From Eledone cirrhosa (lineage: Eukaryota), in assembly GCA_964016885.1 (NCBI GenBank), contig OZ024762.1, positions 26,412,001 through 26,476,000 of the forward strand: a stretch of DNA of 64,000 nucleotides. The letters are read 5' to 3'. Made by a program: the position numbers and the translations under genes. Positions 38,001 through 49,526 of this stretch are shown piece after piece (positions within the stretch are counted from its first letter, which is position 1; every line of letters begins with the position of its first letter). The notes beneath the pieces were generated by a model that was not told where the DNA came from, made no database searches, and saw only the letters and a program-made list of their open reading frames with translations.

Positions 38001-41000
38001 GTTGGTGGTTGTGGTGTTGTTAGTGGTGGTGCTGGTTGTGGTGTTGGTAGTGGTGGTGGTGGTTGTGGTGTTGGTAGTGGTGGTGGTGGTTGTGGTGATG
38101 GTAGTGGTGGTGGTGGTTGTGGTGTTGGTAGTGGTGGTGCTGGTTGTGGTGTTGGTAGTGGTGGTGGTGGTTGTGGTGTTGGTAGTGGTGGTGGTGGTTG
38201 CGGTGTTGGTAGTGTTGGTGGTGGTTGTGGTGTTGATAGTGGTGGTGCTGGTTGTGGTGTTGGTAGTGGTGGTGCTGGTTGTGGTGTTGGTAGTGGTGGT
38301 GGTGGTTGTGGTGTTGGTAGTGGTGGTGGTGGTTGCGGTGTTGGTAGTGGTGGTGTTGGTTGTGGTGTTGATAGTGGTGGTGCTGGTTGTGGCGTTGGTA
38401 GTGGTGGTGCTGGTTGTGGTGTTGGTAGTGGTGGTGGTGGTTGTGGTGGTTGTGGTGTTGGTAGTGGGGGTCTGGTTGTGGTGTGGGTACTGGTGGTGCT
38501 GTTTGTGGTGTTGGTAGTGGTGGTGCTGGTTGTGGTGTTGGTAGTGGTGGTGCTGGTTGTGGTGTTGGTAGTGGTGGTGGTGATTGTGGTGTTGGTAGTG
38601 GTGGTGCTGGTTGTGGTGTTGGTAGTGGTGGTGGTGGTTGTGGTGTTGGTAGTGGTGGTGGTGGTTGCGGTGTTGGTATTGGTGGTGGTGGTTGTGGTGT
38701 TGGTAGTGGTGGTGGTGGTTGTGGTGTTGGTAGTGGTGGTGCTGGTTGTGGTGTTGGTAGTGGTGGTGGTGGTTGTCGTGTTGGTAGTGGTGGTGGTGAT
38801 TGTGGTGTTGGTAGTGGTGGTGGTGGTTGTGGTGTTGGTAGTGGTTGTGGTGGTTGCGGTGTTGGTAGTGGTGGTGCTGGTTGTGGTGTTGGTAGTGGGG
38901 GTCTGGTTGTGGTGTTGGTAGTGGGGGTCTGGTTGTGGTGTTGGTTGTGGGGGTCTGGTTGTGGTGTTGGTAGTGGTGGTGGTGGTTGTGGTGTTGATAG
39001 TGTTGGTGCTGGTTGTGGTGTTGGTAGTGGTGGTGCTGGTTGTGGTGTTGGTAGTGGTGGTGGTGGTTGTGGTGTTGGTAGTGGTGGTGCTGGTTGTGGT
39101 GTTGATAGTGGTGGTGCTGGTTGTGGTGTTGGTAGTGGTGGTGCTGGTTGTGGTGTTGATAGTGGTGGTGCTGGTTGTGGTGTTGGTAGTGGTGGTGCTG
39201 GTTGTGGTGTTGATAGTGGTGGTGCTGGTTGTGGTGTTGGTAGTGGTGGTGCTGGTTGTGGTGTTGGTAGTGGTGGTGGTGGTTGTGGTGTTGATAGTGG
39301 TGGTGCTGGTTGTGGTGTTGGTAGTGGTGGTGCTGGTTGTGGTGTTGGTAGTGGTGGTGGTGGTTGTGGTGTTGGTAGTGGGGGTCTGGTTGTGGTGTTG
39401 GTAGTGGTGGTGCTGGTTGTGGTGTTGGTAGTGGTGGTGGTGGTTGTGGTGTTGATAGTGGTGGTGGTGGTTGTGGTGTTGGTAGTGGGGGTCTGGTTGT
39501 GGTGTTGGTAGTGGTGGTGGTGGTTGTGGTGTTGATAGTGGTGGTGCTGGTTGTGGTGTTGGTAGTGGGGGTCTGGTTGTGGTGTTGGTAGTGGGGGTCT
39601 GGTTGTGGTGTTGGTAGTGGTGGTGGTGGTTGTGGTGTTGATAGTGGTGGTGCTGGTTGTGGTGTTGGTAGTGGTGGTGCTGGTTGTGGTGTTGATAGTG
39701 GTGGTGCTGGTTGTGGTGTTGGTAGTGGTGGTGCTGGTTGTGGTGTTGGTAGTGGTGGTGGTGGTTGTGGTGTTGGTAGTGGGGGTCTGGTTGTGGTGTT
39801 GGTAGTGGTGGTGGTGGTTGTGGTGTTGGTAGTGGGGGTCTGGTTGTGGTGTTGGTAGTGGTGGTGCTGGTTGTGGTGTTGATAGTGGTGGTGCTGGTTG
39901 TGGTGTTGGTAGTGGGGGTCTGGTTGTGGTGTTGGTAGTGGTGGTGCTGGTTGTGGTGTTGGTAGTGGTGGTGCTGGTTGTGGTGTTGGTAGTGGTGGTG
40001 CTGGTTGTGGTGTTGGTAGTGGTGGTGCTGGTTGTGGTGTTGATAGTGGTGGTGCTGGTTGTGGTGTTGGTAGTGGTGGTGCTGGTTGTGGTGTTGATAG
40101 TGGTGGTGCTGGTTGTGGTGTTGGTAGTGGGGGTCTGGTTGTGGTGTTGGTAGTGGGGGTCTGGTTGTGGTGTTGGTAGTGGTGGTGCTGGTTGTGGTGT
40201 TGGTAGTGGTGGTGCTGGTTGTGGTGTTGGTAGTGGTGGTGCTGGTTGTGGTGTTGATAGTGGTGGTGCTGGTTGTGGTGTTGGTAGTGGGGGTCTGGTT
40301 GTGGTGTTGGTAGTGGTGGTGGTGGTTGTGGTGTTGGTAGTGGTGGTGGTGGTTGTGGTGTTGATAGTGGTGTTGGTGGTTGTGGTGTTGGTATTAGTGG
40401 TGCTGGTTGTGGTGTGGGTAGTGGTGGTGCTGGTTGTGGTGTTAGTAGTGGTAGTGGTGGTTGCGGTGTTGGTAGTGGTGGTGCTGGTTGTGGTGTTGGT
40501 AGTGGGGGTCTGGTTGTGGTGTTGGTAGTGGTGGTGCTGGTTGTGGTGTTGATAGTGGTGGTGCTGGTTGTGGTGTTGGTAGTGGGGGTCTGGTTGTGGT
40601 GTTGGTAGTGGTGGTGGTGGTTGCGGTGTTGGTAGTGGTGGTGGTGGTTGCGGTGTTGATAGTGGTGGTGGTGGTTGTGGTGTTGATAGTTGAGGTGCTG
40701 GTTGTAGTGTTGGTAGTGGTGGTGGTGGTTGTGGTGTTGGTAGTGGTGGTGGTGGTTGTGGTGTTGGTAGTGGTGGTGGTGGTTGTGGTGTTGATAGTTG
40801 TGGTGCTGGTTGTGGTGTTGGTAGTGGTGGTGGTGGTTGTGGTGTTGGTAGTAGTGGTGCTGGTTGTGGTGTGGGTAGTGGTGGTGCTGGTTGTGGTGTT
40901 GGTAGTGGTGGTGGTGGTTGTGGTGTTGGTAGTGGTGGTGGTGGTTGCGGTGTTGGTAGTGGTGGTGGTGGTTGTGGTGTTGGTAGTGGTGGTGCTGGTT

Positions 41001-43486
41001 GTGGTGTTGGTAGTGGTGGTGCTGGTTGTGGTGTTGGTAGTGGTGGTGGTGGTTGCGGTGTTGGTAGTGGTGGTGCTGGTTGCGGTGTTGGTAGTGGTGG
41101 TGGTGGTTGTGGTGTTGGTAGTGGTGGTGGTGCTTGTGGTGTTGGTAGTGGTGGTGCTGGTTGTGGTGTTGGTAGTGGTGGTGGTGGTTGCGGTGTTGGT
41201 AGTGGTGGTGCTGGTTGTGGTGTTGATAGTGGTGGTGGTGGTTGCGGTGTTGGTAGTGGTGGTGCTGGTTGTGGTGTTGGTAGTGGGGGTGGTGGTTGCG
41301 GTGTTGGTAGTGGTGGTGGTGGTTGTGGTGTTGGTAGTGGTGGTGGTGGTTGTGGTGTTGGTAGTGGTGGTGCTGGTTGCGGTGTTGGTAGTGGTTGTGG
41401 TGGTTGCGGTGTTGGTAGTGGTGGTGCTGGTTGTGGTGTTGGTAGTGGTGGTGGTGGTTGCGGTGTTGGTAGTGGTGGTGCTGGTTGTGGTGTTGGTAGT
41501 GGGGGTGGTGGTTGCGGTGTTGGTAGTGGTGGTGGTGGTTGTGGTGTTGGTAGTGGTGGTGGTGGTTGTGGTGTTGGTAGTGGTGGTGCTGGTTGTGGTG
41601 TTGGTAGTGGTGGTGCTGGTTGTGGTGTTGGTAGTGGTGATGCTGGTTGTGGTGTTGGTAGTGGTGGTGCTGGTTGTGGTGTTGGTAGTGGTGGTGGTGG
41701 TTGTGGTGTTGGTAGTGGTGGTGCTGGTTGTGGTGTTGGTAGTGGTGATGCTGGTTGTGGTGTTGGTAGTGGTGGTGGTGGTTGTGGTGTTGGTAGTGGG
41801 GGTGGTGGTTGTGGTGTGGATAGTGGTGGTGGTGGTTGTGGTGTTGGTAGTGGTGGTGGTGGTTGCGGTGTTAGTAGTGGTGTTGCTGGTTGTGGTGTTG
41901 GTAGTGGTGGTGGTGGTTGTGCTGTTGGCAGTGGTGGTGCTGGTTGTGGTGTTGGTTGTGGTGGCGGTGGTTGTGGTGTGGGTAGTGGTGGTGGTGGTTG
42001 CGGTGTTAGTAGTGGTGGTGCTGGTTGTGGTGTTGGTAGTGGTGGTGGTGGTTGTGGTGTTGGTAGTGGTGGTGCTGGTTGCGGTGTTTGTAGTGGTGGT
42101 GGTGGTTGAGTTGTTGGTAGTGGTGGTGGTGGTTGTGGTGTTGGTAGTGGTGGTGGTGGTTGCGGTGTTGGTAGTGGAGGTTGTGGTGTTGGTAGTGGTG
42201 GTGGTGGTTGTAGTGTGGGAAGTGGTGGTGCTGGTTGTGGTGTTTTAGTGGTGGTTCTGGTTGTGGTGTTGGTAGTGGTGGTGGTGGTTCTGGTGTTGGT
42301 AGTGGTGGTGCTGGTTGTGGTGTTTGTAGTGGTGGTGGTGGTTGAGTTGTTGGTAGTGGTGGTGGTGGTTGTGGTGTTGGTAGTGGTGGTGGTGGTTGCG
42401 GTGTTGGTAGTGGAGGTTGTGGTGTTGGTAGTGGTGGTGGTGGTTGTAGTGTGGGAAGTGGTGGTGCTGGTTGTGGTGTTTTAGTTGTGGTTCTGGTTGT
42501 GGTGTTGGTAGTGGTGGTGCTGGTTGTGGTGTTGGTAGTGGTGGTGGTGGTTGCGGTGTTGGTAGTGGTGGTGCTGGTTGTGGTGTTGGTAGTGGTGGTG
42601 GTGGTTATGGTGTTGGTAGCGGTGGTGCTGGTTGTGGTGTTGGTAGTGGTGGTGCTGGTTGCGGTGTGGGTAGTGGTGGTGCTGGTTGTGGTGTTGGTAT
42701 TGGTGGTGGTGGTTGTGGTGTTGGTAGTGGTGGTGGTGGTTGTGGTGTGGGCAGTGGTGGTGCTGGTTGTGGTGTAGGTAGGGTGGTGGTGGTTGTGGTG
42801 TGGGCAGTGGTGGTGGTGGTTGTGGTGTTGGTAGTGGTGGTGGTGGTTGTGGTGTTGGTAGTGGTGGTGGTGGTTATGGTGTTGGTAGCGGTGGTGCTGG
42901 TTGTGGTGTTGGTAGTGGTGGTGGTGGTTGTGGTGTGGGCAGTGGTGGTGGTGGTTGTGGTGTTGGTAGTGGTGGTGGGGGTTATGGTGTTGGTAGTGGT
43001 GGTGCTGGTTGTGGTGTTGGTAGGGTGGTGGTGGTTGTGTGTGGTCAGTGTTGGTGGTGGTTGTGGTGTTGGTAGTGGTGGTGCTGGTTGCGGTGTTGGT
43101 AGTGGTGGTGGTGGTTGTGGTGTGGATAGTGTTGGTGGTGGTTGTGGTGTTGGTAGTGGTGGTGCTGGTTGTGGTGTGGGTAGTGTTGGTGGTGGTTGTG
43201 GTGTTGGTAGTGGTGGTGCTGGTTGTGGTGTTTGTAGTGGTGTTGGTGGTTGTGGTGTGGGTAGTGATGGTGGTGGTCGTGGTGTTGGTAGTGTTGGTGG
43301 TGGTTGTGGTGTTGGTAGTGGTGGTGGTGGTTGTGGTGTGGGTAGTGGTGGTGGTGGTTGTGGTGTTGGTAGTGGTGGTGGTGGCTGGGGTGCTGGTAGT
43401 GGCGGTGGTGGTTGTGGTGTGGGTAGTGGTGGTGGTGGTTGTGGTGTGGGCAGTGGTGGTGGTTGCGGTGGTGTGGGTAGTGGTGA
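20050..43486. repeat. ~23 kb GGT-rich minisatellite (27-bp unit GGTTGTGGTGTTGGTAGTGGTGGTGST) with higher-order repeats
   Basis: The unit is directly visible from ~20570. Variant markers recur at 28608/33407/38483 (periods 4799 and 5076 bp), and both ends are more degenerate. Confidence 0.97.
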
Positions 43487-43655
43487 CAATGGCGTTGCTG
43501 CTGCTGTTTCTTTGTGGAGGAATTTATGTTCCTATAATCGCCAGGTGTGATTGTTCCACATAACGAAATAACAACTAAAATATGCAAATAATAAATAAAT
43601 ATATTTTACAACATGGACGTTACAGCTATAATTAAACTAATTATTTCTAGTGACT

Positions 43656-43760
<105 letters not shown>

Positions 43761-43809
43761 TACATATATACATACATATATACATACATATATACATATA
43801 TACATACAT

Positions 43810-43875
<66 letters not shown>

Positions 43876-43902
43876 ACATAAATATATATATATGTATGTA
43901 TA

Positions 43903-43935
<33 letters not shown>

Positions 43936-44039
43936 GTATGTATAGAGATGTAAGTGGGTGTACGTTGAGATGCGTGGCGTGTATAAGACGTGTAGAGGAA
44001 TGAAGGAAAGAGCGTAAAGGATATAAATAAAAATAAAAA

Positions 44040-46780
44040 CACGTGATAGAGTTACTTTGGGAGAGATTTAATTGTCCCTATATATTTCGGATTCACTCCA
44101 TCAACTGGGGTTTTTTACGGGGGGCGGGGACGGTTTTCTGTCGGAAAGGTTCGAAATGTGTCCTCCGCTGTTCGTTGTTTTGAATCTCTGCGGTATTCAG
44201 CAGAGCGCGCATGCGCGTGAAATGGGGTCGGTCAGGCAGAGGTCAGCGTCCGAAGTAGTTCTTTCAATTGTGGGAGTGGGGTGGCGCTAGCTGTCAGTCC
44301 ATTCTCTGCCTGTTTGGTGAATATTACTGTGTGTGTGTGTGCGTGTGTTTTTGTCTCGCTTGAGTGTGTATGTGTGTGCGTGTGTTGTTGCCTCGTTCGT
44401 CTGTATTGGCAGTGTACTATGTTCGTATGGTGGAATGCTACTGTGTGTGTGTGCGTGTGTTGCTGTATCGCTTGTGTGTGTGTGTGTGTTGCCGCATCGT
44501 TTGTTAACTTAAACCAACCACCTCATTTCGCTTCTCTCGGATCGGCTGTTTAGTTGTGGCCCTAGGCGTTTGATCCAAAGTGCTTCCTTGATACGTAACG
44601 TGCCGACGTTTCTTTCTGTCGCTAGAATTGTGACAACGGGCCTTCCGTCGTTGTTTCCGCATTTGGCTATGTGTTTCCGGAAAAACGAGGCCCTGGTTTT
44701 AGTGTGTTCCTTGATCTGGATGTACAACGTCCGGATTGTGCTACCTATATAGTATTGGTCGCACTTGTTACATTCTATCTCATACACGACGTATGTGCGT
44801 AGGCAACAGTTCGCATGGCGCATCGGCCAGTCTCTGACGGAGCACGCGTCAGGTGATTTCCCGGGTTTCCTGGAGAGGCATCTTCGCAGGGAGGGGCCCG
44901 AGTGGGCCAGGTGGATGTCGATGCCCTCTCTTCGTATAGCCTTGCGGATAGCGTTGGTGGTATTCTCGTCCAGGTGTGGCATTTTAAGGAGGCACTTAAC
45001 TTGGGTGCCTCTTTGTCTCTTGTGTCTGGTGTCTCATACTCTGTCTGTGAGCGAGGTAGGGTACCCGTTCGTCTACAGCACCTCGAGGAATCGCTTGGTA
45101 TGAGTGACACCACTCGCGGGATCGCTGCATCTGTTTTTGATTCGCGCGATCTCGTTCGTGATGTATCCTCTTTTGGCACTGTTGGGGAGGGCGGACTTGT
45201 AGTGGACGAACAGGTCCCCGCAGGCTGCCTTTCGGTAGAACTTGCAGTGGATCCCTCCCTGTTCCGTGATGTTGATTCGGAAGTCGAGGAGGGCAAGTGA
45301 CCCGTCGTCGTTGGGGTGTTCAATACTGAAGTCAATGTGCTCGTCCGTGTTGTTGAACGTCTCATAGATTCTGTGTGCCATGTCTTGGGAAGATGTGAGG
45401 ATGAGGATATCGTCCATGTACCTTGAGAAAAAGGCGACGGCGTTGAGTGCCTTGCGCTCGAGGCTGTCCATGTAAGATATCGCTAGCACACCCGACAGGC
45501 TTGATCCCATGGGCAGTCCCGAGGTTTGTTGGTATGTTTGGTCAAGGAATCCGAAGTAGGTGTTGTCGACGACGATGGATAGGAGTTGGTGGATGTCAGT
45601 GGTGGTGAGCCTGAAGCAGTGTAAGTCGGTGGATTGGACGCGTTCCATCAGTATATTGACGGCCGGGAGTTCCGGGACCGAGGTGTAGAGAGGGACTACA
45701 TTAAGGCTGAAGGCATATCTGTTATTCTTTCTGGTGTCGGGATCCATTTGATGCAGGCGCTTCAACACCTCCTCGGAGCTGTTAACGTGTCCCGGCAAGG
45801 TGTCTAAGATGGGTTTGAGTATTCTGGCTAGGAGCCATGAAATTTTGTGGAGTGGTCCTTCCACGCTCGATACAATGGGACTGATCTTCAGGTCGAGTCC
45901 CTGTTTGCGTGTTTTCACGAGGTGGTAGAAGGCGGGTAGTCTGCTGTTTCTCGTGAGGACGTTGTATCTCAGCTTCTTTGGGAGCTTCCGCCGGTCGCAG
46001 TTGTTGGTCCAAACGGCGTTGATGGGCTCTTCTATCTGCACCGGAGTGATTCCCGTGACCTTGGAGTAGAGGTTGTCATCGGCAAGGTGCTGGAGGGCCA
46101 AGGTGTTGTAGGCCTCTCTGCTGTTGACGCAGAATTATTTTCATTTGTTGGAGGGGAGGTAGATGAGATTCTTCGATTTTAGGTTGGAGAGAGTGGTGAG
46201 TTGAGATTTGGTGAGGTTGTGTGTTGTGCGTGTGTGTGTGTGTGTCTGTGTTTGCGAAGTATATCCGAGATGGAGTGTTTTAGCCGGATGAGTTTAGTGT
46301 CGAGTTCGTGGTTGGTGAGTGGGGGTGGAGTGGGTTGTCGGGGTGGGAAGTGGGGAACTTGTCTGTGAGCGAGGTAGGGTACCCGTTCGTCTACAGCACC
46401 TCGAGGAATCGCTTGGTATGAGTGACACCACTCGCGGGATCGCTGCATCTGTTTTTGTGGCGCTGTTGATGGCGGTCACCCATTTAAGTTGGTAAGCGGC
46501 TCGACAAAAGTTGGCCTCGATGTTGAGTTTGAGTCTGTCGTTGAGTCGTTGTGAGACGATGAACTTGGGTCCGAGGTGTAGGAGTTTCAGCTCGTCGCTC
46601 GTGAGAGTGCCGGTTAGGTCGGTGACCAGGTGCGTCGCATCGTTGAGGTGTGGCTCGGTGTTGGTGGATGCGGCGGTGGCGGTTGTTAAGTTGTTGTTTT
46701 CCACGTGGTTCTGGTCCGTCTGTTCGTTAGTGTCGATGTTCTCGTTGTAGAATTTAGACAAGATCCACTCATATTTCCGA
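44040..46780 (-). mobile_element. Penelope-like retroelement, near full length, disrupted
   Basis: RT 45073-46101 ('LPAFYHLVKT', 'ISPIVSS', 'SLNVVPLYTSVP', 'YQQTSGLPMGSSLSGVLA', 'SRYMDD', 'LALLD', 'FYRK') followed by a C-terminal GIY-YIG; (TA)n on both sides. Confidence 0.9.
44509..44982 (-). pseudogene. GIY-YIG endonuclease domain of the Penelope-like element
   Basis: 'YVVYEIECNKCDQYYIGSTIRTLYIQIKEH ... RIKEALWIKRLGPQLN'. Confidence 0.85.
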
Positions 46781-46842
46781 TGATATATATATATATATGA
46801 GAGTATTGAAGTTTGCTTCAAGCATTGTGGAATAATAAATAA

Positions 46843-46910
<68 letters not shown>

Positions 46911-46912
<2 letters not shown>

Positions 46913-47305
46913 CGAATGAGTTGTGGTAAGGAACCAGATGGACCATAACGCACCAAAGCACTCAATACTTAGGGTAGTAGAGTGGGTAATAGGAAAATGT
47001 ATGACCCCGACGGCAGAGCTCAAGCCGTTTCGACGGCTATTTCTGGACTAAATTAGAATTTTGAGCCTGGTAAATAAATAGCCGAACTTTTCTTGGGGTA
47101 CTTCCTTATATGAAAAGATTAAGTCTAGACTTAGTTGTGTTTACAAAAAATTTTGACCAATCCTCTTGACAACTACAATCTTCCCATATAAGTAAGTACC
47201 CCTGAAAAGTTCGCGTATCCATTTACGAAGCTAAAAATTATAATTTAGTCCAGAAATAGACTTCGAAGCTGCTTGAACTCTGCCGTCGGGGACATACATC
47301 ATTTT

Positions 47306-47310
<5 letters not shown>
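46911..47310. mobile_element. (TA)n-embedded inverted-repeat element with degenerate long-stem-II HHR motifs in both arms
   Basis: 46989-47120 is the imperfect reverse complement of 47175-47310. Minus arm: acccc-aagaaaa-g..cggctattt...aaatagccg.c-GAAA-cggc(ttgagctct)gccg-tc-ggggt. Confidence 0.65.
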
Positions 47311-47355
<45 letters not shown>

Positions 47356-47514
47356 CATACATTATATATTATATAATTTCTAAAGATTCTCTCTCTCTAT
47401 ATATATATATATACATTACATATGCTGGGGCATATATCATTTCTAATGACTATATATATATATATATACCATTTGATATAATTCAGCGACACAATAGAGA
47501 GCAAAAATTAGAAG

Positions 47515-47592
47515 TACGAAGATGTACTGAAAAGTTCCTGTCTTTGGGTAAGAGAAAATACAGGAGGATCAGTTAATTATGCTTTCATTCGA
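47515..47592 (+). mobile_element. Mariner-like terminal fragment
   Basis: TACGAAGATGTACTGAAAAGTTCC resembles mariner TIR starts (TACGAGG..T..TGAAAAGT); no partner end seen. Confidence 0.45.
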
Positions 47593-47686
47593 CTAAGTCA
47601 ACTTAATATTTCATTATGTAATACACTACAAAGGTAGAGTACACACACACACACACACACATACACACACAGACACACACACACAC

Positions 47687-47767
<81 letters not shown>

Positions 47768-48185
47768 TATATATATGTGTGTGTGTGTGTGTGTATGTGT
47801 GTGCGCGTGTGTGCGTGTGCGTGCGTGTGTGTATGATTCATTTCAAGTACATATTTGACCGGTCACCTTCCTGCTAGCAATTTTCTTAAAGAAAATAATT
47901 GTCATTTCTTGAATCGCAAGAAGGTTTTGCAAATTTTGAGGGTACCAGCTATTGCAGACATATGTATGTATGTAGGTAAGTATGTATGTATGTATGTAGG
48001 TATGTATGTATGTATGTATGTATGTATGTATGTATGTATGTATGTATGTATGTATGTATGTATCACAACAGAAATGCAATGCGTCTATGGATTCCATAGA
48101 AACTAAATACGTCCATTAAACTGGCGCTCTATTTCTATATGGAATGTATCAAGAAAAGGAAAAAAATGAAACCATGAAAATACAA

Positions 48186-48996
48186 TCTATATATATAAAA
48201 CTGTGGTTGTCTGTCTGTCTATCGATTTTTGGCACACATCTCTTAGAATCTCTCACGGAATTGCACCGAAATTGCTATACTTGTACATTGAGCCCTAGCG
48301 AAGACATCGGAAAAAAATATTTCAAATTGACCCACCCTATGTGACGAAATCGAATATAATGTATCGATTTTTGAGCGTAAGTTATCAGTTATTTCCCTTT
48401 GTTCTGTTTACATTGAGCGTCTTACGTAAAAAATTACGCTGGCTTTCTCAGCGTTATAAATGACATTAACAAAATACACGAACAGTTGTCGAGCCAGCAA
48501 AATATTGACCTGCAAAATTCATCAGTTCGAACACTAAGCTTCCGTTTTGCTTCATTTCCATTTAAAAGCATTTTAAAACAATATTTTTACTTGAAAACAA
48601 GTCTATTTAAAGACTACGTAAAACAAGCAAATATTTCAGGCGTGCAGACAGACAGTCGTGCAGAGAGGTGATATAGGCGTGCAGACAGACATAACTGATA
48701 ATTTGGTTACGCTAATGTTTTTCTCTGCGTTGCAGTGTTTACATTTTCGATCTTTGTTAATAAATAACCAGTGCAGTTTTTATCCCCAGCATCCTCTTTT
48801 GTTATAACATTCGGGTTATCGTTATGTTTTCTTAACTTCATAAGGCATATTGTTGGTTGAGGGAATATTAATCAAAAACACCACATGCAAGTCTGCACAG
48901 TAGACACTACAGTTTTTAAGCCAAAAAAGAAACTTAACATTGTAACTTTAACACAGCTACTGAGCGACCCCGAGCAACGCCGGGCTTTACTGCTAG
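48186..48996 (+). mobile_element. Non-autonomous Helitron
   Basis: 5' a|TCTATATATATAAAA followed by (GTCT)n; 3' GC hairpin cccgagcaacgccggg then CTAG|t; inserted at an A|T junction with no TSD. Confidence 0.7.
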
Positions 48997-49080
48997 TATG
49001 TAATATAAGATATACACCTATATATATATATCATCATCATCATCATCATGGTTTAAAGTCCATTTTACACGCTAGCTTGG

Positions 49081-49133
<53 letters not shown>

Positions 49134-49155
49134 GTATATATATAAAGAAAGAATG

Positions 49156-49230
<75 letters not shown>

Positions 49231-49380
49231 GGAGAGAAGGACATCTTAATTTGAATCACGTAAATATTCAAATTCTTATCACCGTTCGTAATATTTAAAG
49301 AAAAAAAGATACTATGTAGAAAAATTAGGCAGTTATAATTATATATATATATGTATATATAAATACATATATATATTAAC

Positions 49381-49416
<36 letters not shown>

Positions 49417-49473
49417 TAACATATATATATATAAATATATATATGCACACACACGCACACACACACACTACAC

Positions 49474-49523
<50 letters not shown>

Positions 49524-49526
49524 GCA

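Noticed and set aside
20382-43550. Long poly-Val, Gly-Cys-rich and Pro-rich ORFs in the GGT array (possible silk/extensin-like protein)
   Set aside because: No codon diversity, repeated 26-bp frameshifting variants and no non-repetitive termini; they are a by-product of triplet repeats.
44076-44110. HHR-like motif in the Penelope 3' end (ccc-CAGTTGA-tgga..tcc-GAAA-tatata-ggg, minus strand)
   Set aside because: Two core mismatches; probably a decayed pLTR HHR, so not called.
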